DNA from: Myxococcota bacterium
GTDB taxonomy: Bacteria > Myxococcota > XYA12-FULL-58-9 > JALHOP01
DNA length: 19,512 bases
Reading direction: 5' to 3'
NCBI GenBank assembly: GCA_041288095.1
Contig: JBGGMJ010000110.1
Coordinates: forward strand, 1 to 19,512
Shown one piece after another: positions 18,801-19,512 of the stretch; positions within the stretch are counted from its first letter, which is position 1, and each line of letters begins with the position of its first letter. The notes beneath the pieces are model-generated. The model ran no database searches and was not told the DNA's origin. It saw nothing but the letters and a program-made list of their open reading frames with translations. A program made the position numbers and the translations under genes.

Positions 18801-19512
18801 CCAGGTCGGCGAAACGCGACTCGAGCTCGGCGTCCGAGAGGGTCTCGGGCTGCACGACGTGAATGTTGGCGCCTTGCGCGAGCAGGGCTTCGCGCATCGC
18901 CTGACGGAAGACGGCGTCCGATCCGACGAGCACGACGTGACGACCGGCGATGCTGCGCGCCGGCTCCGCTTGCGGGATCTGAACGGCGGCTACGGTGCGA
19001 GCGGCAAACCCCTTGGCTTGCGCTAACGTGTCACGCAGCGACAGTGCTTTCGCGGCTGGGCTTTGCGACTTTGTCTGCGCTGCAACGCTCGCCTTCGGCG
19101 CTGCAGCCTGGGATTTTGGGCTTTGGGGGCCCTCCACCGGCGGCGGCGCTTGCGGAGCGTTCAGACCGGCGAGGACGTAATCGACGACGGCGTCGAGCGT
19201 CTGCACTTGGGTGAGCTTGAAGTTTTCGTCCTTGGCGAGACTGTAGCGCTCGCGGACCAGCGACATGATCTCGGCTTGCTTGACCGTGTCGATGCCCAAG
19301 TCGGCCTCGAGCTGATACGTCGGTTCGAGGTCGCTGGGCTCATAGCCCGTCTTCTCCACGAAGACGTTCATGATCTCTTGGAAAAGCTCATCGCGTGATT
19401 TGCTGGGCTTGGCGGCAGCCGGAACAGGTGCCGAAGCGATCTCGGCAATCCGAGCCGGTGCTATGGCCGCAGGTGCCGAAACCGCCTTCCGTGCTTCATT
19501 CAGAGTTTTTTT
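15868..19512 (-). CDS. 5'-truncated PfaA-like iterative type I PKS/FAS: ACP-KR-DH-PPTase
   Basis: Frame is open from the window end through an Ala/Pro linker. ACP KTGY...LEADLGIDTVKQAEI (~19170-19400); KR TGGARGVT, GNAGQADYSASN (~17590-18950); DH HRLDGVALLP and HGPVFQ (~16670-17480); Sfp-type PPTase WLAGR, SISHS, GIDVE, WAVKEAVVKALG (~15920-16610). Any KS/AT domains would lie outside the window. Confidence 0.9.

Noticed and set aside
19369..19371. ATG 19371 as the true PKS start
   Set aside because: The frame stays open to the window end through an Ala/Pro linker and the first ACP helix, so the gene is truncated by the window.

Overview
GC-rich bacterial window, possibly a whole contig: it starts inside a tandem repeat and ends inside a CDS. 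Gene content suggests Myxococcota/Deltaproteobacteria (inference). Left to right: (1) about 700 bp with no convincing gene, holding a graded 7-bp tandem repeat, a ~128-bp imperfect inverted repeat, a second structured segment and a terminator; (2) DsbA-like lipoprotein (-); (3) rsmD-coaD and a stand-alone PDZ lipoprotein (+); (4) YqgE/AlgH (-); (5) short alpha-glucan phosphorylase glgP, a secreted putative beta-barrel protein, a multidomain J-domain protein and a five-domain ribosomal protein S1 paralogue (+); (6) a minus-strand cluster with the 3' part of a PfaA-like type I PKS/FAS (ACP-KR-DH-PPTase), a coupled acyl-CoA carboxyltransferase and a large FG-GAP-repeat lipoprotein. The PKS is the most unusual element. 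Its ACP has Thr instead of the phosphopantetheine-accepting Ser (DLGIDTVKQ), and the same polypeptide ends in a fused Sfp-type PPTase, the domain order of enediyne PKSE. The J-protein with a Zn ribbon and a possible ubiquitin-like C-terminus, next to an S1 lacking its ribosome-anchoring domain, is second. All calls come from reading motifs by eye; no searches were run.
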